Source: Podarcis gaigeae (Eukaryota). From it: a stretch of DNA of 64,000 bases. The stretch lies in the NCBI GenBank assembly GCA_964106915.2, contig OZ066919.1. One strand, given 5' to 3'. Position numbers and translations under genes: made by a program. Positions within the stretch are counted from its first letter, which is position 1. Each line of letters begins with the position of its first letter. Of this stretch, positions 53,001 through 64,000 are shown piece by piece. Below the pieces are notes generated by a model. The model was not told the DNA's origin. It did not search any database and saw only the letters and a list, made by a program, of their open reading frames with translations.

Positions 53001-55089
53001 AGTGGAAGCATCTACTGGGTAGAGGGAGACATTAGTGGGGACAGCCATCTCCTCACACTCACCAATTTGTGACATTTTCAAATTATGTCATTCTTCCAAT
53101 GCTCTGGAGTCCTTTGGAAGCACAGGAATGTCCCCATAGTCCAAGGAGTGGGGAAACTTTGGCCCTCCAGATGCTCCCCAACTACAACTCCCATCAACCC
53201 TAACAAGCATGGCTCATTGCCAGGGGTTATGGGAGTTGTAGTTCAGCAGCATCTGACAGGCCCAAGGTTCTCTACGTCTGCAGTAGCCCCTTAAAGAAGG
53301 GCATACAGCAGCTGATGTCCCCCTCTGTAGTAATGCCCCAGCAGTTTGTGCTGTTTTCTTCTTTGAATGCAGTGTGCTCTTGCATTAGAGCCCATAGATT
53401 CCAAAGTTAAGAAAAAGCAGTGAGCACACACGTAACTCTCCCTTGCAGCTGAGGTCCCCTTCCCCATCCATTACTAGAGGATGGGGTAGCGTACTACTCA
53501 TACTGGACTGGGGATAGGTTGAGTACCTTGCTGCAGGAAAAGTCCAGGCTTCTAATAATTCGGAAAGGCTTCCTTAGCTTGTCTAAACCCATCTCAATAC
53601 GCATCCTTAAATGGCTCCAGGGCAGGGGTGAGCAATTTGCTCTCTACTGGGAAAACCATACCCACATTTATACAAGGGCGCCCACAGAGAATACAACAAG
53701 GAATGAGTTACTGGCAGTTCAATGACTTTTCAGGGAAGGAACCTATTTAGTTGATTCATTCCTTATGAGAGAATTCAAGCCTGATAAAGAAACATCTCAC
53801 CAAGTGTTCTTGGCTTTTATTTCTGTTACGTTTATATAGGGCTTTAATAATAAGATATGTAGCTTCCGAACTCATCTCTCATCTCTTAAGCACAAATCCA
53901 TTCCTGAGGTAAGTATACTGACTATAATGGCAAATGCTAACAATATTTTGTCAACTGTAAGTTAGACTTATTCTTCCTGCTGCAGTTAAAGGAAAGCAAA
54001 TGGCCTGGTACTGGAGCAGGTTTTGCAAATAGCATTGCATGCAGAACCCTGTCAGATCTGGTTGCAGAACTGCCTTCTAAAAGAACACAGAGCCATTTAA
54101 TGTTTTTGTTAAAATTCAATCTTTCCTCAGCTTTCATCAAACTCCTGCAAGGCATCTCTACATCCACTAAAAGTTAGCCCACCCGCTTAGCCACAATATT
54201 TTTCAAACAGATGGTATGAGGGAGGCTTGGGAGGAAAAAACACATGTGCACAGAATAGGATTGCAGGCACTGCTGGCTACGTACGATAGACTAAATTTGG
54301 TTGTTTTTAAAAGGTCTCATATAAAGCTGGCTACATATGCCTGGTTTTATCTTGTGACTTGTAGATAGGCCAAAGTTAGCCAGGTCCATCTATATAGGAA
54401 TGCTGCCTTAGGTTTAGGGACAGTATACATAATGCTAGAAATTTGTAGTTTGTGGGCTGGATTGGAAAACATATGTGTAGCATTTTGGGAGGTGCCACTT
54501 TCAGTGGTGCCACTGTGCAAACAGTTCAAATGCATGCAAAGTGCATTTAGTTGTGTTGCAGTATGTTCTCAGTGGTAGTGCGTGTTTTCTTGCGAAAGGT
54601 CCCAAGTTGCGTCCCTGGCACCACCAGAGAGGGTGAACCTGTGGTTACCCATCCATTTGGTGCCATCTCCCATCCAACTCCAGCTAGCATGGCCAATGGT
54701 CAGGGGTGACAGGAGTTGTAGTCTGGCAACATCTAGAGACCACAGGCTCCCTATCTCAATGTTAGAATTAGGGGATCCTTTTAATTTGATCAAATTGAAG
54801 GGAAAAAATTGACAAATCCACCAGGGGAGTAATTAAGCATGCAAAACTATAGGGCCAGGAGATACATTTACTGTACCATTAACAGATTGTAGCCTGTTTA
54901 AGGAGTGGTTTGGACCAGTAACCCCAAGCCACAACCTTGCGTTGCCTGGCTTGACTCACAGCACAAGCTTCCCTGGGTTAGTGACAGTTTTCTTGCATTT
55001 GAGATTTCATTTAGCTGATTTCTTCTTAAGTCTCGACATCTCCCAGCCTCTTACTGAATACATTAAACCCCATTTCTGCATTTTATGCC

Positions 55090-55226
55090 CATAGGCGTAG
55101 CCATGATTTTTGTTTGGTGGGGGGAAGAACCGAGTTATCTGTGGCACAATTGGTCAGTTAAGTATTTTTATTTATTTACTTTTTGGAGAGGGGGCGGCTA
55201 GCTGCCCCTCTGCAGCTATGCCCATG
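55090..55226. mobile_element. hAT-like MITE within the probable NFASC 3'UTR
   Basis: TIR cataggcgtagc / gctatgcccatg; TSD tttatgcc / tctatgcc (7 of 8 match). Confidence 0.75.
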
Positions 55227-57142
55227 TCTATGCCCATTCATTAGAAACACCCTTGTTAGCAAAGCTACCTTTCAGGCAAGCCAGTTTGAAAGTTCAACCA
55301 TGTCACAACTATTTCCATTTCAGAATGATGCTGAAACATCTATTGAAGTTTTCCCTAAATGTTATTTTACAGCTGCGAAACTGTCGGAGACAGATCTCTC
55401 TCTTTAAATACTTTTGACTGTGAAAGTGCAGGGAGTGAAGAGAATACATACTGCATTCCATAAATACTGTATATTACGGGGCGGGTGGGCGGGGGACCTC
55501 TACCTTCTACGATGACCCATGCCTTCTCAACTGACCAAGCTGAAGCTTCCTTATTTGTACTGCATCAACAGATTACAGACCATCACACCAGGGGCTTAAT
55601 CTACGGGTAAATATTCATAGTTTATTAAGCTTCAGGGAAAGCATGAAGCTGTTTAAGGCATATATGGAAGAACAGTGTCACAACAGAATCTGTATCTGAG
55701 GAAAACAGGTTTGCTGCGTGTTAGCAAGTTAGCTTGAGTGCCTTTGATGTGTAACTAACAAGATAGGGTGAGCTCCATGCTGCTGCTTATTTAGGTACTG
55801 GAAAAAGCCTCTTTTAGGCTAATTGAGGCCCCTGCATGTGTCAGAGTGGCTTTTACCTTGAAAGCCAAAAAAAATGTAACCCTGACTGATATGCAAATGA
55901 TAGGAACAATGGAAAGATGAATCAGGGTGGATTCTGAGTGCCTTTGTACTTTTGCATCAAACATATAGGGAATGGAAATCCCTGAACTTTTCACAGAAGA
56001 GGCTGGCAGGTTTAATGCCAGGCTAGTTTATTCTTAGTAGGTACCATTCTTTTTTGGTTAGCGGTAGGAAAGCATAGACTGGTTGCTCTTCCCTGGTCAC
56101 CCTTCCTCCCTTTCCTGCTACATGCAGATTCACGGAGTGGCTATTAGCACCACGTGTGAGCATAGGGAGGAATGACTACTTTCAGCAAGAATGGTCAACA
56201 ACCCCCACCCCCAATAATTTATCCAGGAAAACAATAACCCAATTATGTTTTCCTACCCTGGATTAGCAGAAAGATGCAACTGTTTCCATTAAACTCTTTC
56301 TTTGGAGAAAGATGCTAAATAGCATGGGCAGAGGGATGAAAACCTTGCCTCGGCGGTACCTGCATCAGAACCAATACTTGTATAGCACTAACTGAGATCA
56401 CAGACAGTTTGGGTCAATGCAACAAGTACCCCCCCACATGCGTATAGCTTCCACACTGAAGCCCAATATAGTACCGTTTCTTCTTATAGGAAGGAATATC
56501 CTACACCTTGCTCAGTGAGGATTATTAAGCCAGAGCCTGGCTGCAATGATCTCCGACAGAAATAAATTGCCATCAAGGTTCCTGTTTATAAAACAGCCTC
56601 GTTTTTAACCAGTAGCCGATTCTGCAATGTGGTTTCATGCTGCTTTTACCGGGGGATTATACTCTCATCTCCACCCCTCTCACTCCAGATTTCCCCCATG
56701 TTTGGGCATTTCTTTTTCTGAGAATAACTTTGAAGCCTTTTAAAAAACACAACAACCAAAAGAAAAATAAAATAATAATCAGCTGTGTACATTATTAATG
56801 AAAGGAGTTGCATTATCTCACAAATTAGACATAGGGGGTATAGAGGGGTGTTTATTTCAGTTCGAGTTCTGAAGCCTGGGGTGTAGAATCTGTGCATCCT
56901 GCTCTTCTACTGGTCTCTTGTGGGTCAGCTCAGATTTCAGCTGCAATAAGATTGCTTCGGCAGCCGGTGCATCTATGCCATTTGCTTTGTTTGCGAAAGA
57001 GATGATGGCCCTGGTGACCACCTGGTCGGGTTTTTGTTTGCTCTCTGTGGTCCTACCCTAGTTGCTTTCTGTTGATGGTGACTTTGCAGACCCACACGGG
57101 CTATAAGTCTTCTTGCTGCTGCTGCTGTTTCAGTGTATTGCG

Positions 57143-57374
57143 TTATGCCAAGGAATAGATAGCATTAACTGGTGATGTGGCTTCTGAACTCTCATTGCCT
57201 TCTGTCTCCTCTTTGTCCTTCTTGACTGTGTACTGGCCAATAAAGGAGCCATCCTCATTGAACTGCCCTTCGCCTCCTTCGCCATAGTCCACCAAGCTGT
57301 CATCACTTTCTTGTTGCTTTATCGTGCCATCTAAAGAGGTTTGACTGCCCTGCAGCGGCTTGTTGTCTTCATCA
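57143..57374 (-). CDS. NFASC: Neurofascin terminal coding exon (cytoplasmic tail)
   Basis: After the acceptor tgctag| the minus strand reads (S)[76 protein letters not shown] with TAA at 57143-57145. It carries the L1-family ankyrin-binding FIGQY motif and the neurofascin C-terminus. Not in the ORF track. Confidence 0.97.
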
Positions 57375-57771
57375 CTAGCATCAAAAGGAAAAGAAGTGCC
57401 ATCAGTAGTGGGAAGGAATGGCTTTAAAGGGACAGGATCACTGTAAACATATGAAACTGGTTTCGTCCAGGCGGTTGTACTTCAGAAGGCAAGCACAGTG
57501 CAGGAAGATCTGGGAAACACGGCTCCAAGCAGCTTTTTGCAAATTACCAATGAAATCTTTCCCAGTGCAAAGCTATTCAGGTGCAAAGGATAGTATTTTC
57601 CCGATAACCTAAATAAATCAGGAGGGAGTCTCTTCTTCAAAGGACTGTGATGGTGGAAGCCTAACCACAACTACAAAGTGAATAAACCATGTAGGAACTC
57701 TGAGCTTTCCAGTTGTATTAAGCCACAGTCCCATCAAATTCTAGTTTCTTGTATTAAAAAATAAAGTTTTC

Positions 57772-58434
57772 TGGTACACTAAAAGGTTAACAAATTTGTT
57801 ATGGCATAAGCTTTCAAGGACAGTAGTCCACTTAAATCAGTTGCATGAAGTATTATCCTGAGTTTCAGGCATGCGTTGTATATAACACACACATGGTGGG
57901 GGGAGGGGGACTGTGAACAGTAAGAGAAGGAAACAAAATGCAGAAAAGTACAGGTGGTGATAATTATGTATTTAACAGTAATTATCACAAAATATGATTG
58001 AGTTGGTAACACACCCATCCTGTCACCGATAAGCTAAATAACACATGTGTGATGAAAAATCCATTGTACCCATTTAATCCACAAATTATAGCACTGAACT
58101 CCTGATTTATTGTGATTCAGTGGTTTTTATGGTTAGTTATAGAATGTTCTAGGGTCCCAATCACAATGGACTTTTAAGAATTACACTACATATTAATTGG
58201 CTTACCAATGACAGCATGGCAGGATATCAACTCAACTGGTTTTTGTGAGGCTGCTGTTAAGTAAATAATATTTACGTCTGGGTTTTTTCTGCATTTCATT
58301 TCCTTCTGATCTCACTGTGTATATCCCCACCCCACTCCATGTGTATCTTAGATTAAGACTTTGTGCATCTGATGAAGTGGGCTGTATTCCATGAAATTTA
58401 CACTGTAATAAATATGTTAATGTTTAAGGTACCA
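57772..58434. mobile_element. Penelope-like element remnant forming a long inverted repeat
   Basis: Arms ~57772-58068 and ~58163-58434 are alignable reverse complements. The outer ends carry the PLE-type motif gcatctgatgaagtgggctgta.tcca.gaaa...aataaa..tgtta...ttaaggt.ccac. Confidence 0.7.
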
Positions 58435-60853
58435 CAAATTTCTTCAAAGAGACTCTAGGCTGGCAAGAGTTGTGTTGAGGACCAGGCATGTAGAAGGCAG
58501 ACGAGTGGCTCTAATTCAATCCAAATTGGACGTAATATATTTAAGTGCCATTTTGGCTATTTTTAATTTACTCTTAACTATGCAGCTTTTGAAAATGATG
58601 CAGAGACACTTTTAAAAATGGCACTTCTACACTTAGCGGGGGAGTTCCATGCTCTTTTTGTAAGGGGAATTTCTGACCTGCAAATATGCATATTTTATTA
58701 CATTACAGAAAGTCCCACAAATAGTACTAGTTTCTGCTTTTGCAGTCTTGTTGTTGGCCCCAGGATGTTGGGGACTCAAGAACAACCTTCTGCAGAATTC
58801 ATGAGGCTGGCTTAACAATACTGGAGCTTTTTAAAAAAAGGCTCAGGTAACTTCATAGAGAAAACGGTCCTATCATTGGTTGCTAGCCATAATAAACCTT
58901 GTATGTTTAGAGGCAGAACCTCTCTACCTGATGCAGAAAAAGAATCAGGGGACATTTATCTCCATTATGGCCTACTTGCATGCTTGCCAGGGAGGCGTGT
59001 GGCTAGTCAGTGTTAAACAAAATATTGTGCTGGAGCCGTTGGGACATTTTAAAAGGGATGTTTGTATACCCACATGTGCAGGAATTAATGTATTGGGCTC
59101 TGCCAAGAACAAAAGATTAAACTGCCAGGAACAGGAGACTCTGCAGATCAATGGGGGACTGTTTTAGGGATCTGACATCTTCATCATCTGCCAACCTCAG
59201 TCCAGCTGTACCTCCTTCTGCCCCTTCCCCTTGATGGAAAGAGTCTGGACTCTGGATCTTGTCATAAGTGCCAATAGTAAAGACAGCTATGTATATCCCC
59301 ATATATACCTATTGTAACTGTACCATCATGTACATTTCAACTGCAGATTGTTTTGGGAGCCAATCCTGACTTAAAAGAAGGGTGCATAATAAATAAACAA
59401 ATACCCAATTCATTGTCATATCTATGAGGCTCAACTTTTTAACCTAACACAGAAAGAGATCATTTAAGGTTTTGTGTTTTGCCATAAGAATCATCTGGTT
59501 TTGCCATAAGAATTATCTGGTTAGATAAAACATGTAGCCCACCATTCTGCCAGACAGTGGCCACTACAAGCATAAATAACAGAACAAGTGGTGTCATCAT
59601 TCCTCCTGATCTTGCAAAACTGTCTAACAGAAGGTAGCCTCTGATAGCTCTCTAGGGCAGGCATAGGCAAACTCGGCCCTCCAGATGTTTTGGGACTACA
59701 ACTCCCATCAATATAAGGCAATATAAGGAGGCAAAAAACAAGAATGAGAGACCCAGGGCTTTTCATCTAAAATCTTCATTTTTCAAATCAAAAGAGTATG
59801 CAGATAAAATATATCCTGCATCATAATGTCCCCTTTGAGTTGTCCTCCCCCACCCCCACTCCCTTCCCAATATACCAGGCCAATGAAGTTTCTAAGATAT
59901 TCCCGGCTGGTTTTGACCTTCTAAAGGCTACAGTCCAGAGAACTATACAGCTAATTCTGTGGGCCCAGTGGGGCTTTTGAGTTCCTTCCTCGCTCCCCTC
60001 TCTTTAAAGAGCACTCCCTCACACAACAAGCCAAGTGGCTTCGCAGAGGGCTGCTGCTGAAAGGCAAAATGTCAAAAAAATCTCTTGTGCCTTATTTAAC
60101 CTAGCTCTCTGAATTGTAGGCCAAAGAAGACTGTTAACTTGGTTGCCTTGTTAGTGTGTTAGATATATACAACTTTTAACACACAAACAACAGTTTACTT
60201 ATTTGGTTAAATGGAAATATTGCAGCTTATTTAAAGTATTAAGGGAAGCCTGACTCAGGCTGGTTCAGGAGCATCATGGTCAAGAGTTGCATATGTCAGA
60301 ATGAATATTTTCTGTGAACAAGATTTCTAGGGAATGTTCACTCTGAACTGATGCAAGGCCTCTGGTAGCTGCTGACTTTTTCTTCACCATGTTTCCATTG
60401 TTTTACTGCCCAACATGTGAAATCAGGCATTATCTTGCTTTTCAAACCTCAGAGGCACATAATGCAAGTAGCTTACCTGAGAATATGGGGGCTACTCAAA
60501 TCTGCAGCCCAGAAGACCCCTTTTCTTGTGACTAATCTCCCTTTGAGTGCTGAACTAACCAATGGCTGTCATTGCCACAGCTGAATTAGTCACAGAAAAA
60601 GGAATGAAGCTTAGGCCACGCAAATTCAATTGGTTGTGTGTCGGCTCCAAATACGCAGGCAGAATGCAACTCATTGGACACACGGTGCCCGAAATTTCAA
60701 GGGAAGGAATAGTAAGTGAAACTTTAATGGTGTTAGATGAAGGTTGGTGGTGGAGAGGCAGGGAAAGGTGGTAGAGAATAAGGTGTGTTTCAGTGATGGA
60801 ACTGCTGAAAGAAAAAGCTGTGTGCCAGACTTTGGGGCAGTCCACAGTCCTAC

Positions 60854-60865
60854 CTTTCAAGAGAC
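60854..60865 (-). CDS. NFASC: Neurofascin 12-nt alternative microexon encoding RSLE
   Basis: Minus strand catgaag|GTCTCTTGAAAG|gtagga with AG/GT boundaries. Phase 2-2 matches the terminal exon (AG|T GAT), giving ...R-S-L-E-S-D-E-D. A long pyrimidine tract lies upstream. Confidence 0.88.
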
Positions 60866-63800
60866 CTTCATGGTCCATGTAGAAAGACAAGGTGAAAAGG
60901 AGAAGAAAGAATGGGAATAAAACAGAGAGAGAAGCAGAAAGAGCCTGATCAGAGAGCAAAATGATGAAGTATGCATTTCAGGGGGAAGTGCTGGGGAGAA
61001 AAATCCACCTATCCCCCCACCCCCCAAAGGAGCTAGTTACTTTATTGTTGTGCATACAAAATAAATTAAAAATAAATAAATAAACCTGTTGTGCATCCAC
61101 ACCAAAATATGTATCTAATGGATTCCAAAAGCAAGTAATTTGCAAATAAATGAGATGTGCCCTCAAATCTGAGGCAGGGAGGGAGGGAGCACTAGTAGGG
61201 CAGAAGATACAACCCCACATGGCTTAATTAAATGTCGTCCTGAAAGGCAGCTGAGCAGCCACTAGCCTGTGGTCTGTCATGCTGTTCCAATGACGTAATG
61301 TGCTACAAGCCCCTCTCAGAAAAGGCTGCCTTCAGGAAAGAAAGGAGCATGGTATTCGCTTGACCTTGGTGGAAATCAGGCAGCTCTGCATATGAAGGGA
61401 GGGGGTGCTTCTAAGTTACATTTCTACTGTGCGGAGATTGTACCGGATGAGCAGATGGCAAGTGTCTTTTGGGAGGCAGGTATATATTGTGGTTTCAAAA
61501 TGAGTGGACTGGAGGGGAAGGCACTCTTATTCCATATATTACAAAGGACACACAAGAGATTTGCCTATGCGTAGGGGTGGGGGTGGGGAATGAGTGAAAC
61601 AGGAAAGAAACGCATTATGAAATGCATCTGCTCCTTTCTTGGTGGCTGTGTGCAATGACCTCTGGGGCCCTGGAAGAATACGGAATTGATTAAGGCTCTA
61701 TCAAGATAGGAATTCTGACTGTCATGTAGTAGACACTGCCGATGTCAGAAAACTGGCCTAATATAGACCCACTTCCAAGTATCATGAAATTGCTATCTGG
61801 GTTCACATGAACCCACTTGCCAGCAGTCTGGGCTGTATGCAAGTGCTCCTAGTTTTTAACAGGCATTTGCCAATTCCTTGTACTCGCTATTGCTATATTT
61901 TACACAGGGACCTTTAGTTGGGGATGCATTGAAATCACCACTGCAACTGCAAATGCTTGACTGAGTAGAAAGCCCAGTAACGTTACCTGAAAATATATGG
62001 GGAGCAGGAAGGAGCAGCTTGGATGGGACCAGCAGGTCTGAAGTTTTAAAATTCTAGTTCTGATTTGCTTCTCTCTCTCTCTCAACCAAATCAGTTGGCC
62101 TAGTAAGGCATGGTTACTGGAACAGAATGCTATTTAAGGACATGGGCTTCCAAACATCTTAGCTCACAAGGAGACCATTATTCTGGCAGCAAAGTAGAAA
62201 GAAGTGACAGTATCTCTTTAATTACAGGCTGCTGTGATTGGAATGCAGCGTGCACAGGGCACTAAGGATGTGAAGGGCATGATGAAAGCATATTAGACAT
62301 GCATCTATGAAGGTAGGAAGAGAACCAATAAAGAAAGCATGTCAGCACATATCCTGTCCACCTTTCAAGCGCTAATAGTAACTTTTCCCCTGGACTGCTC
62401 GATTCCTTGTGAATTTTAAGCAGCTAACCACTTTGCTTCTGACTCCTTATGGGAGGTGTCATTTTCTAACACCCTGCATTAACACTCTGGTTAATTGTAA
62501 AAAGAAGAAGAAGAAAAATCTGTGATTTTTATCTAGGGGGGAAGGGGACGACAGTTGTTAAAGCATTGTGCCTTCAAAGTGCCCAGCTTGCACATCATGA
62601 GTAATCACAGTTAATGGCTTACTGTGAATGCAAATATCACTCCTCTCCTCTAGAGGAGGGATGGGGAATTGGATCCAGACTGCCGGCCAGCTCTTTATTT
62701 TCCCCACTCTCCATGGACAAGGTTTAACAGGTAGATGAGGTCATGCAGTGCGTGCTGCATAGAAGCCTCTACTGTCAGCTGATGGAACTTCAAAGTACCA
62801 TGCATGACTCTCTGTAAGCACTAACGACCAGCTGATTGTAAGGGCTTCAAAGTGTCACACACAGCGTCACAAATGTTGGGGCTTATTATGAGCCTCACTA
62901 GGCACTATGTACAGGGTTTTTCAGGTCCTGCTGACTGGGAGTATCGACAAAGCTGTTTTTGGCCCAGCAATGTCTTTACCTGCTCCACACCTGGTGCCAT
63001 TTATGACTTCTGGTGAAGGGCAGCGAGGTATGGCTTGGTCAAAACAACCTTGCAGGTAAAATGAGGTTTCCCACCGCTGCTCTTGACAGTGGGAGCAACA
63101 AGCGACGATCTCTGTCTCAGCATTATGCCTGACTGGGAACTGTAGTTTGCTATGCTGAAACAAAACATGGTTGGTAAGACAAATCTTGGCTCAACACCCT
63201 GGTTTGTTTGGAAACAAACCACAATCCCTACTTCAGACATAACCTTAATACCTGGGTATTAAGGTTTGTTACGCCTGCTGGCTACAAGGGACGAGTGAAA
63301 CGAAAGCCTTCTGTGCATTTGATGGTTTAATGGATTACTGTGGTGTGCAAATTCTGCCAATGTGTGTGCATGAGGAGCTTAATATCAAAGCTATGGCATG
63401 TAACACAGTGACTGCTTCTGCAGTTATAAAATCTAAGTTTTTGATGGGTTACTTCATTCATTCGTACTGTGCTGTTTTCTCCTGTCGCCATATTATTATT
63501 GTATTTGTCTCTTTATTTTCAATTTGTGTGTTAAGAAATTTTCTTTCAGATTTATGCAGAATTCTAGACTAAACTTTTATTCTCACAATGGTTTTCTTGG
63601 ACAAGAATTGGTGATTCTCAAATTCTCCTGATATGCTTCATCAACACACTTTCATTTATTCAATAAAGTAAGTAATGCCTGATAGGATAGTCAATTAACT
63701 AGTGTTAATCATAGTTTTTCTTCTAGGTTCATTAGCTTGGAGAGTTCATAATCATCAATATAGTTTGGAATAATAAACTCACTAAGAGAACTTTAGAATA

Positions 63801-64000
63801 GAGGGCATGGGTTGGAAACCAACCCACTACTTACATGAACAAGACAGTGCTTAAAGTTTCATGGGGTGACAAATTGGAGTGTATCCTCTAAATGTCTAGT
63901 TATGTTTGCAAATGATCAGCCTTCAAATAATCCCTCCATTTTAGATTTGCTTATATGGTTTTATGCTGCAAGATGTATGCATGGTACTTCTTTCAAAGTT

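Larger units (their letters stand above)
50050..57142 (-). other. NFASC: Probable long NFASC 3'UTR (distal end uncertain)
   Basis: Follows the stop codon. Contains several minus-strand AATAAA hexamers; the extent is inferred from the candidate signal at 50072-50077. Confidence 0.4.

Noticed and set aside
59476-59519. 22-bp tandem duplication (similar small ones near 10931-10961 and 23054-23090)
   Set aside because: Ordinary slippage duplications; no spacer-repeat (CRISPR-like) structure.
60866-64000. Penultimate constitutive NFASC exon (ending ...FDY)
   Set aside because: Not found in the window by eye; presumably lies beyond position 64000.

Overview
Vertebrate genomic DNA, almost certainly from a squamate: Sauria-type SINEs and Bov-B point to a lizard, probably a lacertid (inference). 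Two neural Ig-superfamily adhesion genes lie in tandem on the minus strand, in the known NFASC->CNTN2 order. (1) The 3' end of neurofascin (NFASC): a 12-nt RSLE microexon at 60854-60865, the terminal coding exon at 57143-57374 (FIGQY motif, C-terminal YSLA) and a probably long 3'UTR. (2) The 5' part of contactin-2 (CNTN2/TAG-1/axonin-1): a CpG-island promoter with a probable non-coding exon 1 near 37.4-37.6 kb, then four coding exons (13397-13451, 5427-5571, 2887-3062, 1160-1255) that splice in frame; the gene continues past position 1. The rest is intron or intergenic DNA rich in small TEs: hAT-like MITEs with 8-bp TSDs, a Tc1/mariner MITE, Sauria, tRNA- and 5S-derived SINEs, and Bov-B, CR1 and L2 fragments. 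There are also microsatellites and two assembly gaps. Nearly all ORF-track entries are spurious. I see no convincing new gene system. The most notable items are the microexon with its unusual acceptor, a ~660-bp Penelope-like inverted repeat with hammerhead-core remnants in the last NFASC intron, a hAT MITE carrying a Bov-B fragment, and a 5S-derived SINE split by a MITE. TE family names come from recalled motifs, not database searches.
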